From the IMG/VR virus record IMGVR_UViG_3300020469_003050, positions 278,608-342,607 of that record: a stretch of DNA of 64,000 nt. One strand, given 5' to 3'. Under the pieces are notes generated by a model. That model was given only the letters and a program-made list of their open reading frames with translations. It was not told the origin of the DNA and did no database searches. Of this stretch, positions 29,088 to 38,685 are shown one piece after another. The position numbers were made by a program, and so were the translations under genes. The stretch's first letter is position 1. Each line of letters starts with the position of its first letter.

Positions 29088-29284
29088 TTCTTTTTTCCTT
29101 TGTTATTACATTCTGAACATCTACAATGCTCACATATCTTTACTTCTCTGTATTCGCCACCATCGATAGCATAATCTTTAAATGTTGCATACTTTGGTCC
29201 ACCGCAGTGAGAAGTATGCCCACAGTTTTGACAACAAGTCTGAGTAGTTCTAGTACTAGGAGACTCTATTATCAGTTGTGCCAT
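29084..29284 (-). CDS. Small Cys/His-rich (Zn-binding) protein
   Basis: CQNCGH.SHC...CEHCRCSEC. Confidence 0.65.
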   Translation of the reverse strand: MAQLIIESPSTRTTQTCCQNCGHTSHCGGPKYATFKDYAIDGGEYREVKICEHCRCSECNNKGKKK

Positions 29285-29481
29285 TATTTACTTCCTATGT
29301 ATCCAGCGATAATACCTATTAACCCTGTAAGAGCCATCTTCATAAGAGTAATTACACTTTCGTCTACTGGTCTGTTTTCTTGTAATGCTACATAATAGTC
29401 ACCTACAATAATAACACCTAATAGTGCTAAGACACCTGCAACTAATACAACAATTATTAAGTCTTTTAAATTCTTAATCAT
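29284..29481 (-). CDS. Small 2-TM membrane protein
   Basis: Two hydrophobic helices; GAGGA RBS. Confidence 0.65.
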   Translation of the reverse strand: MIKNLKDLIIVVLVAGVLALLGVIIVGDYYVALQENRPVDESVITLMKMALTGLIGIIAGYIGSK

Positions 29482-29612
29482 TTTTCAATCCTCTCAGATA
29501 TTTATATTCATATCTAGTATCACCTTGCATATATCTTTGCCATGCCGGAGTGTTTAATCTTTTATCTGCTTCCGTAACTTGCATCTTAATAATTTTTTTA
29601 TTCTTATTCATA

Positions 29613-30017
29613 TTATTTCTTTGGACGATTACTTACGTTCTTTGCTTTACCTTTACGATTTTTGTTCGGGTCATTTGTCTTTTTACGTTTAACTGCATTA
29701 GCAATAGCTTTCTTGCCACCACTACTTCTAAGACTTGCGGCTTTAGATTTTGATAAACATTTTGGCTTACCTTCGCCTTTGCCACTATCTCCACATTTGC
29801 CTACACGTTCACCTTTAGTGTTATAACGATCCCAGCCGCCACCGCCTGCTCCGCCTTTTTTACCTTTACCAAACCAAGCACGTAAATCTTCATCTAATAC
29901 TGATTCTACTTTACGACAATCAGGTACACGTTTACCAAACATCATTTTAGTGCCGTGCTTCTTATAGCCCTTCCAGCACTTTTCGAAAAGTTTACTATCT
30001 ATCTCTGCAATTTTCAT
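29613..30017 (-). CDS. Putative head-internal modular protein
   Basis: CWKGY...RVPDC module and LRAWF...KPKCL module after LFE / LDE junctions. Confidence 0.6.
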   Translation of the reverse strand: MKIAEIDSKLFEKCWKGYKKHGTKMMFGKRVPDCRKVESVLDEDLRAWFGKGKKGGAGGGGWDRYNTKGERVGKCGDSGKGEGKPKCLSKSKAASLRSSGGKKAIANAVKRKKTNDPNKNRKGKAKNVSNRPKK

Positions 30018-31057
30018 TACTTTGAATTACCCCAATTTTTAGCACCTACTTTACGACACTTAACTAAGGCACCAGATGCATATGCACTAGGCCAAACTTT
30101 GTATCTGCTTTTTACTTTATGATAACAAGCATCTTTTTCACCAGCCGCTTCATCAAATTGTTCTTCTGTTAATGCTTCTGACTTATCAATACTTTCCATT
30201 TGATAATAATCTTCTTCTGGTTTAATCTCTGGTGCGATTTCAACTGTTTGATTTACAATTTCTTCTACTGTATTCATATCAGCGGCATCTTCAATGTATA
30301 ATGTACCTTTGTTAAAGAACCCATTTATACCTTCTTGTTGTAATGCGTTAATGATTGCACCTTCATAACCTTCGTCAATCTTTGCACTTTCATCTAATTC
30401 ATCTTTATAATATCCTTCGCCTTGTTTTATTAAACTTGCTAAGTCTTCACCTGGGTGTGCATCAATCCAATGCATGATATCAGCAATGATATCGCCTGGA
30501 GCATCAGCACCCATGTTCTTTAGGATATTGTCAATATTTTTTACACTTTCGGCTCTGCCTCTAGCAACACTGCCACCTTTTTCTTCTGTCTTCATGCCAG
30601 TATAGTCATTGTCAAGTTTTTGGAATTCTTCATAAGACATGTACATATCAGTGTCAGGGTCATAGTACTTGCCTTCTTTTGGATCATAGTAAACTACTTT
30701 ACCACTTAGTGTAGAGAAAGGACCTTCTAGTCCATCACGTGATTGATATTTGTCTCTATCAATCGATGGTAGAACTTTGTAACCTTCGTCTACTTGTTGG
30801 CCGTCCATGTAATCTGCGACATTTTGTAGATAATCTTCTGCCATAGTTAATTTAGATGCAACCCAACCTTCAAGACCGTCTTGTTCTGATAAATCTTTAA
30901 GATGTTTTGCTATTCTTACTGAACTTTTAACAGATGATAGTAATTGTGACTTTGCCATGCTAACTTCATGGTCTGTGTGATTTGCATCTTCCATATCGTG
31001 TTCTACTACTTTCATAGCATTTTCAACGATATTCTTCCATTTTTTTACGTCTGACAT
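30017..31057 (-). CDS. Putative head-internal modular polyprotein
   Basis: Modules separated by xxE junctions; DACYHKVKSRYKVWPSAYASGALVKCRK; GATAAATA box at 31110-31117 (- strand). Confidence 0.6.
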   Translation of the reverse strand: MSDVKKWKNIVENAMKVVEHDMEDANHTDHEVSMAKSQLLSSVKSSVRIAKHLKDLSEQDGLEGWVASKLTMAEDYLQNVADYMDGQQVDEGYKVLPSIDRDKYQSRDGLEGPFSTLSGKVVYYDPKEGKYYDPDTDMYMSYEEFQKLDNDYTGMKTEEKGGSVARGRAESVKNIDNILKNMGADAPGDIIADIMHWIDAHPGEDLASLIKQGEGYYKDELDESAKIDEGYEGAIINALQQEGINGFFNKGTLYIEDAADMNTVEEIVNQTVEIAPEIKPEEDYYQMESIDKSEALTEEQFDEAAGEKDACYHKVKSRYKVWPSAYASGALVKCRKVGAKNWGNSK

Positions 31058-31143
31058 ATCTAATTCCTTTAATAAAACCTTGACTTTTAGTTTATATTGT
31101 AATATAATGTATTTATCATTATTGTAAAGGAAGTAAGCAGATT

Positions 31144-31431
31144 ATGACAACACACGAATTTAAATTCAAGTTTAGCACACGTGAGCAATTCTATGGTATT
31201 GTTAGACTGCTTAATGCTGAATGTGGTAAGGGGAACTGGACTATTAAAGGTAAAGTACTTAAAGGATTGAAACGAATTGAGACTACATGGGGTGGTTGGG
31301 GTATGTCCTCACATAATACTGCTTATACTCCATATGTAGAGAAAACAGTAGTTGTACCTGAAAAGTATAAACACGTAGAATCTATGCTACTTTTCATATA
31401 CAAAGATGAACGAATTAAAGCAAATGACTAA
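31144..31431 (+). CDS. Hypothetical protein
   Basis: Promoter TTGACT(31080)-17-TATAAT. Confidence 0.6.
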   Translation: MTTHEFKFKFSTREQFYGIVRLLNAECGKGNWTIKGKVLKGLKRIETTWGGWGMSSHNTAYTPYVEKTVVVPEKYKHVESMLLFIYKDERIKAND

Positions 31432-31828
31432 GACTTTACTCACAATAGAAAAATCATTACACAGTAGACTAGATGCGGAAGATATATCTCCCGTTAGTGT
31501 ACAAGTATTTCCATCATGGGAAGAGGGCTTTAAAGGACACAAGAGAAAAAGAGGTGTCTATATTATCTTTGATGAAGATGAAATGATTTATGTAGGTAAA
31601 GGATTCTTTTCTGCACGTAATAAAAGCCATTACGATAAAGCGACAAACAAAGCAAATTATAATCCAAAAGGCTGGATATGGTTTAAAGAAAATTATAATT
31701 ATAGTATTGACAACTGGCACCTATTTCTGATAGAATTAGATAGTGAAGTAGATATAACTTTTATGGAAGGCGCATTGATTAAAGATTTGCGTCCACTCGC
31801 AAACGATGAGGTATACATTGACAGGTAA
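31406..31828 (+). CDS. GIY-YIG-like nuclease
   Basis: GVYII...IYVGK, R..SH, EGALI..L.P..N. Confidence 0.65.
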   Translation: MNELKQMTKTLLTIEKSLHSRLDAEDISPVSVQVFPSWEEGFKGHKRKRGVYIIFDEDEMIYVGKGFFSARNKSHYDKATNKANYNPKGWIWFKENYNYSIDNWHLFLIELDSEVDITFMEGALIKDLRPLANDEVYIDR

Positions 31829-32831
31829 AGTTGGGTTCGCATGTAAATTCATGCACGAAAATCAAAGTCTCAAGCCTAAGGAGTTGAAGGAGATTCAACA
31901 GCCTCTGAACTTTCGTGGTACAACTATTAAATGGTTACGTGAAAATAAATCACAAGCACAAGAAAAAGTTTACGAACTTGTAGAACATAACTTGAATGCT
32001 ACAGAAAATCTTATTGACTATGTAAGCACGTTACCTATGCAACAACGTATGATGCGATTAGGTAGCGACATGTTACCTGCATATACAGAAGTTAATTTTC
32101 AACATCTAACAAAAACTAATTACATCACTAATTTGATAGCAGATAGGCTAAATACAATTGGTGAGAAGGCACGGGCAAATAATATACGTTTATCTATGCA
32201 CCCAGGTCAATTCACTGTTCTTGCATCGGATAGACCCGATGTTGTAGAAAATAGCATAAAGGAATTCGAATACCATGCAGATATCATCAGGTGGTTGGGC
32301 TACGGCAAGTCGTTTCAAGACTTCAAATGTAACGTCCACATATCGGGTAGAAAAGGTCCAGACGGCATCAAAGCAATACTCAGAAGACTCTCGCAAGAGG
32401 CGAGAAACACAATCACAATCGAAAACGAGGAAAACACGTGGGGTCTCGATTCTTGCCTAGAACTAGAGAAAGATGTTCCTCTAGTACTCGACATACATCA
32501 TCACTGGTGTCACACTAACGGTGAATACATTTCTGCGGAAGATGACCGTGTTAAGCGGGTTATTGATAGTTGGCGTGGGGTGCGGCCCACTCTACACTAC
32601 TCAGTGTCAAGAGAAGAACTCTTGCCCGACCACCCGACAGACAGACGGCCTGACTACAAAAGTTTGTGTGAGCAGGGCCTTAACAAACAAAAACTCAGGG
32701 CCCATAGTGACTACATGTGGAACACAGATGTCAACGAATGGGCAGGCACATTCCGTAGAGATTTCGATATCATGGTAGAGGCTAAATGTAAAAATCTAGC
32801 AAGTATTCCGTTTGAGGAGAGTACAAGATGA
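31806..32831 (+). CDS. uvsE: UV damage endonuclease UvsE/UVDE
   Basis: RLGSD, RLSMHPGQF, TIENEE, LDIHHH, RAHSD, DIMVEAK.K. Confidence 0.92.
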   Translation: MRYTLTGKVGFACKFMHENQSLKPKELKEIQQPLNFRGTTIKWLRENKSQAQEKVYELVEHNLNATENLIDYVSTLPMQQRMMRLGSDMLPAYTEVNFQHLTKTNYITNLIADRLNTIGEKARANNIRLSMHPGQFTVLASDRPDVVENSIKEFEYHADIIRWLGYGKSFQDFKCNVHISGRKGPDGIKAILRRLSQEARNTITIENEENTWGLDSCLELEKDVPLVLDIHHHWCHTNGEYISAEDDRVKRVIDSWRGVRPTLHYSVSREELLPDHPTDRRPDYKSLCEQGLNKQKLRAHSDYMWNTDVNEWAGTFRRDFDIMVEAKCKNLASIPFEESTR

Positions 32832-32965
32832 ATAAAGAAACAATCATCAAAGAGATAGAGAAACTAAAACAAACGTTACACATATCAGAAATTGAAAAAG
32901 TACAACACAAATATTTAGAAGGGATTAGGGACAAGATAAAGGTATTGAGTGCCAAATTAAAATAG
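32828..32965 (+). CDS. Small hypothetical protein (45 aa)
   Basis: GAGGAG RBS, ATGA overlap. Confidence 0.5.
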   Translation: MNKETIIKEIEKLKQTLHISEIEKVQHKYLEGIRDKIKVLSAKLK

Positions 32966-33145
32966 ATGAAATCGTATACAATAGAATTAAAAGTTGGTGA
33001 TAAAATCGATTTAGGTCGATTTAAAAACGTTCGGTCTGAAATTAAAGACATTAAACTTGATGACCATGGTCAGCCAGTAATTATTACAAGTAAAGGCGAG
33101 AAGAAAGCATTAAGTTTTAGACTTAGAAAGTTAGATACTAAATGA
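32966..33145 (+). CDS. Small hypothetical protein (59 aa)
   Basis: MKSYTIELKVGDKIDLGRFKN...GQPV; fills gap, overlaps next start. Confidence 0.55.
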   Translation: MKSYTIELKVGDKIDLGRFKNVRSEIKDIKLDDHGQPVIITSKGEKKALSFRLRKLDTK

Positions 33146-33381
33146 GACCTACGTTACAACAACTAGTAGAATTAGCAAGAGAATCAAACATAACAGATCC
33201 AATAGATTGGTCAAACTTAAACGTATCAGAAGATACAGTTTATGAAATGATTGGTCTTAGTGTTATTGAAATGTTAGATAAGATAGAAGGAAAAGATGCT
33301 GAGATAATCATGTCTGCTTCCATACTTAAACTGACGGTTGAAAATTTTGTACTGAATCTGAGGCTCAATGGCAAAATATGA
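33142..33381 (+). CDS. Hypothetical protein
   Basis: ORF track. Confidence 0.6.
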   Translation: MRPTLQQLVELARESNITDPIDWSNLNVSEDTVYEMIGLSVIEMLDKIEGKDAEIIMSASILKLTVENFVLNLRLNGKI

Positions 33382-33525
33382 CGGACAGGGCGCAACACTG
33401 TTGCAAGAATCTAAATATAGTAAGGGACGAAACTATGGTTGAAAAGAATGGTTTTGTCTTTAAAGTTACTATTACATATTGTAGCAGTTGTGGTAGCAAG
33501 AAATATGGAGGTACAGGAATAAGCG

Positions 33526-33756
33526 ATGGCAAAAAAATACATACACGTTAACCAACATAAGATAAGAGCAAACAAAAAGCATGGCACTGATGAGCCAGTT
33601 ATAACGATAAAAGAAGGTAAAAAGAATACATATTGTCACGAAGTTAAAATACATGGTGGCTCAGTTATTAGGTATGGAGGTAACGACAAACCTATACTAT
33701 CTTGTGGTGCTAGAGTCGTAATAGAAACAGAGGCAGAAGTAGAGGTATTAAAGTAA
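33526..33756 (+). CDS. Hypothetical phage protein
   Basis: IHVNQH.IR.N...CGARV.IET. Confidence 0.7.
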   Translation: MAKKYIHVNQHKIRANKKHGTDEPVITIKEGKKNTYCHEVKIHGGSVIRYGGNDKPILSCGARVVIETEAEVEVLK

Positions 33757-33956
33757 TGTCACAAGAATGGATGTCACCAATAAGAAAAAAGTATTTTAAG
33801 ATTATACAAAATCTTACAAATAATGCTGATATATTCAGTAGAATGTATTCACAGACTGGTGATAAAGGTGCATTGGCGGCTTACAATAATTACGTAAAAG
33901 AAATAAAAGAAATAAAAGAAAAAATTATAACTAAAGAAAAAGAGGATAATAAGTGA
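33756..33956 (+). CDS. Hypothetical protein
   Basis: ORF track, coupled start. Confidence 0.55.
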   Translation: MSQEWMSPIRKKYFKIIQNLTNNADIFSRMYSQTGDKGALAAYNNYVKEIKEIKEKIITKEKEDNK

Positions 33957-34144
33957 TACGTTGGTATGACTATGTAGCATGTTTATTGATGGCAGACTTT
34001 ATATTAGTTCAAATCAAAATCGCACTTATATCTCCTGTATGGTGGCAACAATCATTAGCCGTGTTTTGTGCCTGGGGTTTATACAATCTTTGGCTAAATG
34101 TTTATTGTATATGGCGATTAAAACAGGAGAATGAAAGAACATGA
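33953..34144 (+). CDS. Small membrane protein
   Basis: Hydrophobic; GTGA overlap. Confidence 0.55.
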   Translation: MIRWYDYVACLLMADFILVQIKIALISPVWWQQSLAVFCAWGLYNLWLNVYCIWRLKQENERT

Positions 34145-34866
34145 TATTAGTAGTTGGGTGCGGATTTGTAGGGGAAACGGTAGCAAAATCACTTGAAGAA
34201 AATGGAACAGAAGTTGTAAGAATTGATCCAAAGTTAAACGATAACAAAATACACGATTATCCAAAGGCAAAAGGAGCAGTTGTATGTGTTCCTACTCCAA
34301 CAGTAAATGGTAGATGTGATGATAGTATTATCAGAACTGTATTGGAAGAATTAAGAGATACAAAAGTATTATTAAAATGTACAGTACCACCTGATATGTT
34401 AGCAACATATCCAGACAATGTAACATACAATCCTGAGTTTTTAAGAGCAAATACGGCTAAAGAAGATTGGGATAGACAGAAACATTTTATACTTGGTGGT
34501 GCTCCACAAGGTTGTCACTTCTGGAGAGGTGTGTTTTCATATCTAAATGTTTTCTTTTTCGATGTAGATAGAGCAACGGCGAGTATGATAAAATATGTTC
34601 ATAACTCTTGGTTAGCAACAAAAGTAGCATTTTTCCATGAAATGAAAAATAATCTTGACAATTCCTACAATCATGATAAGATGATAGATATATTAGGCTT
34701 ATTTGAGAATATAGGACCTAGTCATATGAAGGCACCTAACGATGATGGTGGACTTGGTTATGGAGGACATTGTTTTCCTAAAGATACTGAGGCATTCTAT
34801 GATTACTCAAAAAGTGAAATATTAAAAACTGTAATAGAAGTAAACAAGAAATTGAGAAAAGAGTAA
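34141..34866 (+). CDS. UDP-glucose 6-dehydrogenase-like protein (short form)
   Basis: VVGCGFVG, CVPTP, YNPEFL, IKY..NSWLATKV, GYGGHCFPKD. Confidence 0.85.
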   Translation: MILVVGCGFVGETVAKSLEENGTEVVRIDPKLNDNKIHDYPKAKGAVVCVPTPTVNGRCDDSIIRTVLEELRDTKVLLKCTVPPDMLATYPDNVTYNPEFLRANTAKEDWDRQKHFILGGAPQGCHFWRGVFSYLNVFFFDVDRATASMIKYVHNSWLATKVAFFHEMKNNLDNSYNHDKMIDILGLFENIGPSHMKAPNDDGGLGYGGHCFPKDTEAFYDYSKSEILKTVIEVNKKLRKE

Positions 34867-34868
34867 CT

Positions 34869-35405
34869 ATGCCAACACATGCAACAATCGACTTAGAAAC
34901 ATTAAGTACGAAACCAGATGCAGTATTACTAACAATAGGTGCAATTAAATTTGATCCTTTTACAACTGACCCTCCTTATAATGAATTTTATTATAGAGCA
35001 AACGTAGATGAACAAACTGCTATAGGAAGACATATAGAAGAAGGCACTTTACAATGGTGGTCAAGACAAGCACCTGAGATTGTCGAAGAAGCATTGTCGG
35101 ATGATAACAGACATCCAGTTAAAGAAATTCTAACTAAATTAAATAAGTATCTTGTTGGTGTAGATAAGATTTGGTGTCAAGGTCCAGTATTTGATATTGT
35201 TATTTTAGAAAATTTATATAGACAGTTAGGATTACATTGGAATTGGGCATTCTATAATATCAGAGATAGTAGAACTTTGTTTAGTCTTATGCCTAGAGAT
35301 CCTAGAAAAGATATATCCTTTTCGGCTCACAATGCATTAGAAGATTGTAGAATACAAAGTATATGTGTACAGAAGTCTTTAAGAAATTTAGGAGTTACTC
35401 AGTAA
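34869..35405 (+). CDS. DEDDh 3'-5' exonuclease (RNase AS/DUF5051-like)
   Basis: IDLETL, FDI.IL, RDSRT, HNALED. Confidence 0.85.
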   Translation: MPTHATIDLETLSTKPDAVLLTIGAIKFDPFTTDPPYNEFYYRANVDEQTAIGRHIEEGTLQWWSRQAPEIVEEALSDDNRHPVKEILTKLNKYLVGVDKIWCQGPVFDIVILENLYRQLGLHWNWAFYNIRDSRTLFSLMPRDPRKDISFSAHNALEDCRIQSICVQKSLRNLGVTQ

Positions 35406-35888
35406 CTACCATCTTCCTTGACCTTTACCTACAAGCCAAATAATAAAACCAATAATTACTGATAGTCCTATCGCAAAAGATAAACCTATAATCCATTCTA
35501 AGATTCTTTGTTTTCTTTCTTCTGCGGCGTAGACTGCCGCTTTACGTTCACTACGCATCCGTGCTTCTATTCCAACAATTTCTTTCCATGCCGAAGGTCC
35601 ATAATATAAACTAATATGGGAACGTAATTCTTCACGCATTTCTTTTGCTTTTTGCTGGTGACCCCAAACTTCTAGGGCATTTTGTTCTACTTTACTCGCT
35701 CCAAATAGTTTTTTAAACATAGGAGGATTTTCTGCTTGTCGATGTGCAAAATCTAAATCACTCATTGACGTTGCCCACGTTTGTAGTGTTCCCGCCATAT
35801 CATGTAAACTTTTGCCTGTTTCTACTGCTGACTTAATGCCACGATATGCGGCTGTTGCCATACCAATGGCGGATACTGGATCAATCAT
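35406..35888 (-). CDS. Hypothetical protein with C-terminal TM
   Basis: MIDPVSAIGMATAAY; GGAGAGG RBS; TATAAATA box on - strand (35921-35928). Confidence 0.7.
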   Translation of the reverse strand: MIDPVSAIGMATAAYRGIKSAVETGKSLHDMAGTLQTWATSMSDLDFAHRQAENPPMFKKLFGASKVEQNALEVWGHQQKAKEMREELRSHISLYYGPSAWKEIVGIEARMRSERKAAVYAAEERKQRILEWIIGLSFAIGLSVIIGFIIWLVGKGQGRW

Positions 35889-35990
35889 ATACCTCTCCTC
35901 ATATGAAGTGCCTATATCGTTATTTATAAAAAACTTGACAAAACCTCCAGTTAATGTTATTATACTTCTTAGAAATTAGGAGTTATTTGT

Positions 35991-36452
35991 ATGACAATGC
36001 ATTTAGTGGGTCCGTATATGACCACCAATAATTATAAGAAGAAAAAACGTAGTAAGATTACGGCTGGTAAAATGAAACAGTATGAGATTGATTTACGTGC
36101 ATATAATAAGAATATGAAACGTGTAGGAAGTCACAATCTTCAAATGACTATGGACGAGTATATTGATTATCGACAGGGCTACTACAAGCCGAAATCAGAA
36201 CCACGTGCAGTACAAACACCATGGCACTATTCAGGTGCTAACATACGAGAGACAGAACATGTTCCGAGTCTATCTTCTGCTTCTAGTATTGGTACTGCAA
36301 CAAAGAAACCTTCGATGCAATACACAGGTGAACGTAAACTTGTAGGTATTGCAATGATGCACAAATCAAATCTTGTTCCTGTATTTGCAGACGAAGATGA
36401 TAAGACAGGTCAGAAACAAGCTACAGAGATTGCACAGATGAGGAGAAATTAA
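35991..36452 (+). CDS. Hypothetical phage protein
   Basis: YTG..LVGIAMMHKSNLVPVF; promoter TTGACA(35935). Confidence 0.7.
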   Translation: MTMHLVGPYMTTNNYKKKKRSKITAGKMKQYEIDLRAYNKNMKRVGSHNLQMTMDEYIDYRQGYYKPKSEPRAVQTPWHYSGANIRETEHVPSLSSASSIGTATKKPSMQYTGERKLVGIAMMHKSNLVPVFADEDDKTGQKQATEIAQMRRN

Positions 36453-36856
36453 TGCCACATAAAACAGAAGCAAAATTATTTTCAGTTGGTGACTTTACAA
36501 GTCATGCTGGTCTTCCATTAAAATGGAAAATAGAATGTGATGCTATATCACCAGAACAATGGTCAGCATTAGCAACTATGATAATGGATTATCAAAAAGA
36601 ACCTTTTAGTAAAGTTTTAGGCATTCCAAGAGGTGGACTAGCATTGCAATATGCTCTGGAACAATACGTAACAGAAGGCGACCACCCTTGGTTAGTAGTT
36701 GATGATGTATATACAACAGGTACAAGTTTTAGAGAATTTTGTACAAATGCAAAAACAATGTTCTCACATAAATGGGTAGTGTTTGCAAGAAAACCAATAC
36801 CTGCTATGGAAAATATTAATGCATTGTTTACAATGCCAGGGAGTATAAATGAATAG
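36452..36856 (+). CDS. Type I phosphoribosyltransferase (orotate PRT-like)
   Basis: GDFTSHAG, GIPRGG, VVDDVYTTGTS. Confidence 0.75.
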   Translation: MPHKTEAKLFSVGDFTSHAGLPLKWKIECDAISPEQWSALATMIMDYQKEPFSKVLGIPRGGLALQYALEQYVTEGDHPWLVVDDVYTTGTSFREFCTNAKTMFSHKWVVFARKPIPAMENINALFTMPGSINE

Positions 36857-36983
36857 ACATCAAATAATACTTACAATCATTGTTCTTGTAATGATGGTTT
36901 TTGCATTATCTAGTTGTAGTAGTATAGAAGATAATTGCACAGACGATGGTTGTCCTAGTTTTCATGAGTTGAACGATGAATAA
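36849..36983 (+). CDS. Small lipoprotein (44 aa)
   Basis: Hydrophobic leader plus lipobox LSSC. Confidence 0.5.
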   Translation: MNRHQIILTIIVLVMMVFALSSCSSIEDNCTDDGCPSFHELNDE

Positions 36984-37266
36984 AGTTTGGAGTGTAACAA
37001 TTAATGGACAAAATGATTGTGTTGTAATGACAGACGAACAAGCAATGGTTATTACACTAAAGTTTTCACCAGATATTCAAATTATTGATATGACAGAGAA
37101 ACACGGTATGACACCTGAGCATATGCAAAAGGCAGACCGTCAACAACAACTAGAAGAATATGGAAGAGACATGTTTTTTGAAAAATGGGAAGGCGTTGGT
37201 GGCTTTAATCATTATGTAAAAGCAGATTGGACTTTCGAAAAATTATTAGCAATGGAGGCAATATGA
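36976..37266 (+). CDS. Hypothetical protein
   Basis: ORF track. Confidence 0.55.
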   Translation: MNKVWSVTINGQNDCVVMTDEQAMVITLKFSPDIQIIDMTEKHGMTPEHMQKADRQQQLEEYGRDMFFEKWEGVGGFNHYVKADWTFEKLLAMEAI

Positions 37267-37370
37267 GTAAAAAACTATCAGCAAAAGGCAGAATTAGAAA
37301 TATGAAATCTGCCGCAAAACAAAACAAAAGACGTTTATCTTTTAAAGCAAAGAAAAAAGCGAGTAGATAA
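37263..37370 (+). CDS. 35-aa Lys/Arg-rich peptide
   Basis: GGAGG RBS, ATGA and TAATG overlaps; MSKKLSAKGRIRNMKSAAKQNKRRLSFKAKKKASR. Confidence 0.55.
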   Translation: MSKKLSAKGRIRNMKSAAKQNKRRLSFKAKKKASR

Positions 37371-37783
37371 TGAGACATTCACTCAACACAAAGATTCATG
37401 GTATTGGCGTAGATATCGTTGAAGTAAGAAGAATGAAAGATGCTATCGATAGGCACGGTGATAAGTTTGCTACGAGAATTCTAAGCAAAGCAGAACAAGA
37501 TACTTATCTTGCATCTTCAAACAAAGCACAATATCTTGCAAAGTGTTGGGCAGTAAAAGAGGCCTTTGTCAAAGCGATAGGTACAGGCTTTAAGGGAAAC
37601 TTTCTTTGGAAGAATATAACATATTTTTCTCCTGCAGGAGGTTTAGGATTAGGTCATCCTCAAGTTAGATATAGTGATGAAATTAAACATGATTCATTAA
37701 TGGACAATAAAATTGTTCATCTAAGTGTGAGCGATGAACAATCACTTGTAATAGCATATGTAACTATAGAGGTAAAGCCATGA
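37370..37783 (+). CDS. acpS: Holo-ACP synthase (4'-phosphopantetheinyl transferase)
   Basis: GIGVDIVEV.R, WAVKEAFVKAIGTG, HLSVSD. Confidence 0.92.
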   Translation: MRHSLNTKIHGIGVDIVEVRRMKDAIDRHGDKFATRILSKAEQDTYLASSNKAQYLAKCWAVKEAFVKAIGTGFKGNFLWKNITYFSPAGGLGLGHPQVRYSDEIKHDSLMDNKIVHLSVSDEQSLVIAYVTIEVKP

Positions 37784-38079
37784 CAGACAATGTAATTCAA
37801 TTAAGTAAGTATAAAAAAGATTTATGGGAACCACCTACATCAGTAGAAGATGAAGTTGAAGAAATTACAATAGAATACATTCAACAAAACATTGAACTAC
37901 TAAATGATTATGGTATGGACCCATATGAAACGAATCTTGGAAATGAAATGGTAGCAATATCGATGTTGTTTAGAGCAATGATTGATAAACAATACGGTAG
38001 AGAAAATCATCTACAAACTATGCTAGATGTAATGACTAAAGATATGAGAAAAATAGAAGAGGATAAAAATGATGAATAA
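37780..38079 (+). CDS. Hypothetical protein
   Basis: ORF track. Confidence 0.55.
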   Translation: MTDNVIQLSKYKKDLWEPPTSVEDEVEEITIEYIQQNIELLNDYGMDPYETNLGNEMVAISMLFRAMIDKQYGRENHLQTMLDVMTKDMRKIEEDKNDE

Positions 38080-38155
38080 TACTATTATGGGATTTAAGGT
38101 AGAGCAAACTGATAAATATGCAAGTCAAAATAATAAAAGTGAGAATATAAAAAAT

Positions 38156-38623
38156 ATGGACTTAATTAGTGCTAAAGGCAGAGACGATTTATACAGGAAG
38201 ATTTTAGAAACACAAGATAAAAGACCTGAAATTACAGAACGTATTCAAGCCGCAAGAATGCAAGGTGGCTTAGAAGAAAATGAGGAACTTTTGGTTGCTT
38301 TGGAAGATATGCAACGAATTGATATGGAAGTTCACAAGTTACAAGAAATGTTAGAAAATGTAACTGTAATGGATGCTCTTAAAAAAGGTAAGTACAAAAA
38401 GGCATGTTTTGGTACTACTGTAAAGATTGAAAACTGCGATAATGGCAAAATATTAAAATATAAACTTTTAGGTGAATTCGACTCAGATCCATCTAATGGT
38501 ATCATTTCCTTTAAATCTCCTTTAGGAGCAGAGTTAATTGGCTCATCAAAAGGCGATATTGTAGCACTTATGCGTCCTGCAGGTGATATAGAGTACGAAA
38601 TACTTGACATTTTTGTACCATAA
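38156..38623 (+). CDS. GreA/GreB-family factor with variant tip
   Basis: RPEITERIQAAR.QGGLEENEE, FGTTV, ISFKSPLGAELIG; start placed after GATAAATA at 38111. Confidence 0.85.
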   Translation: MDLISAKGRDDLYRKILETQDKRPEITERIQAARMQGGLEENEELLVALEDMQRIDMEVHKLQEMLENVTVMDALKKGKYKKACFGTTVKIENCDNGKILKYKLLGEFDSDPSNGIISFKSPLGAELIGSSKGDIVALMRPAGDIEYEILDIFVP

Positions 38624-38624
38624 A

Positions 38625-38655
38625 AACTTGACAAAATAGCGAATCATGTTATAGT
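38625..38655 (+). promoter_or_regulatory. Sigma70-type promoter with CGAATC spacer element
   Basis: TTGACA(38628)-16-TATAGT; GAATC at 38641. Confidence 0.75.
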
Positions 38656-38685
38656 ATATACATAATCAAAAGAAAGAGGCAGTAA

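Noticed and set aside
31406-31828. Mobile intron or IS element
   Set aside because: Free-standing short GIY-YIG-like ORF with no intron structure, transposase or terminal repeats
32275-32778. Alternative-frame ORFs inside uvsE
   Set aside because: Explained by locally high GC reducing stop frequency
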